In this document: piece after piece, positions 63,931 to 64,000 of the stretch
How the letters are laid out: the number at the start of each line of letters is the position of its first letter
Numbering within the stretch: the stretch's first letter is position 1
Source of the DNA: Neoechinorhynchus agilis
Taxonomy: Eukaryota; Animalia; Acanthocephala
DNA length: 64,000 nucleotides
NCBI GenBank assembly: GCA_051530055.1
Contig: CM121341.1
Location: 1,240,001 to 1,304,000, forward strand
Direction: 5' to 3'
Notes under the pieces: model-generated
Databases searched by the model: none
What the model was told of the DNA's origin: nothing
What the model saw: only the letters and a program-made list of their open reading frames with translations
Program-made: the position numbers and the translations under genes

Positions 63931-64000
63931 TTTTTCAGATTAAAATTTGATAATGTTATTTATACAACTAACTAGAATTGCTCTTGGAATGAAATTTTGA

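Overview
This is AT-rich eukaryotic DNA, probably from a compact invertebrate or protist, with short GT-AG introns of about 40-50 bp. There is no sign of prokaryotic operons or CRISPR. The left third (1-23 kb) carries several genes: two small single-pass TM/PPxY genes flanking a probable MED21, three tRNA-Glu(TTC) copies with a 5'-truncated CRE-type non-LTR retrotransposon between two of them, a strongly divergent intronless beta-tubulin, and a Cys/Tyr-rich microprotein. It also holds several long hairpins and decayed LINE and Penelope (PLE) fragments. The centre is a ~16 kb CpG-rich satellite (36.7-52.76 kb) whose 206-bp unit is a trimer of a 68-69-bp ancestral monomer. The satellite is bracketed by PLE ends carrying hammerhead-like motifs, by three paralogous segmental duplicates, and further out by an 82-bp minisatellite in inverted orientation. 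The three duplicates each carry a differently broken copy of an intronless gene with up to seven C-X2-C-X16-C-X2-C zinc fingers resembling MTA/RERE-type GATA fingers. The right end has a kinase fragment cut by an RTE element, an SLC17 transporter pseudogene and an ecdysoneless (ECD) homolog. A 150-G run, and possibly the indel-rich left half of the satellite, look like assembly artefacts. All family assignments come from motif recognition by eye and no searches were run. Boundaries of decayed elements are approximate.
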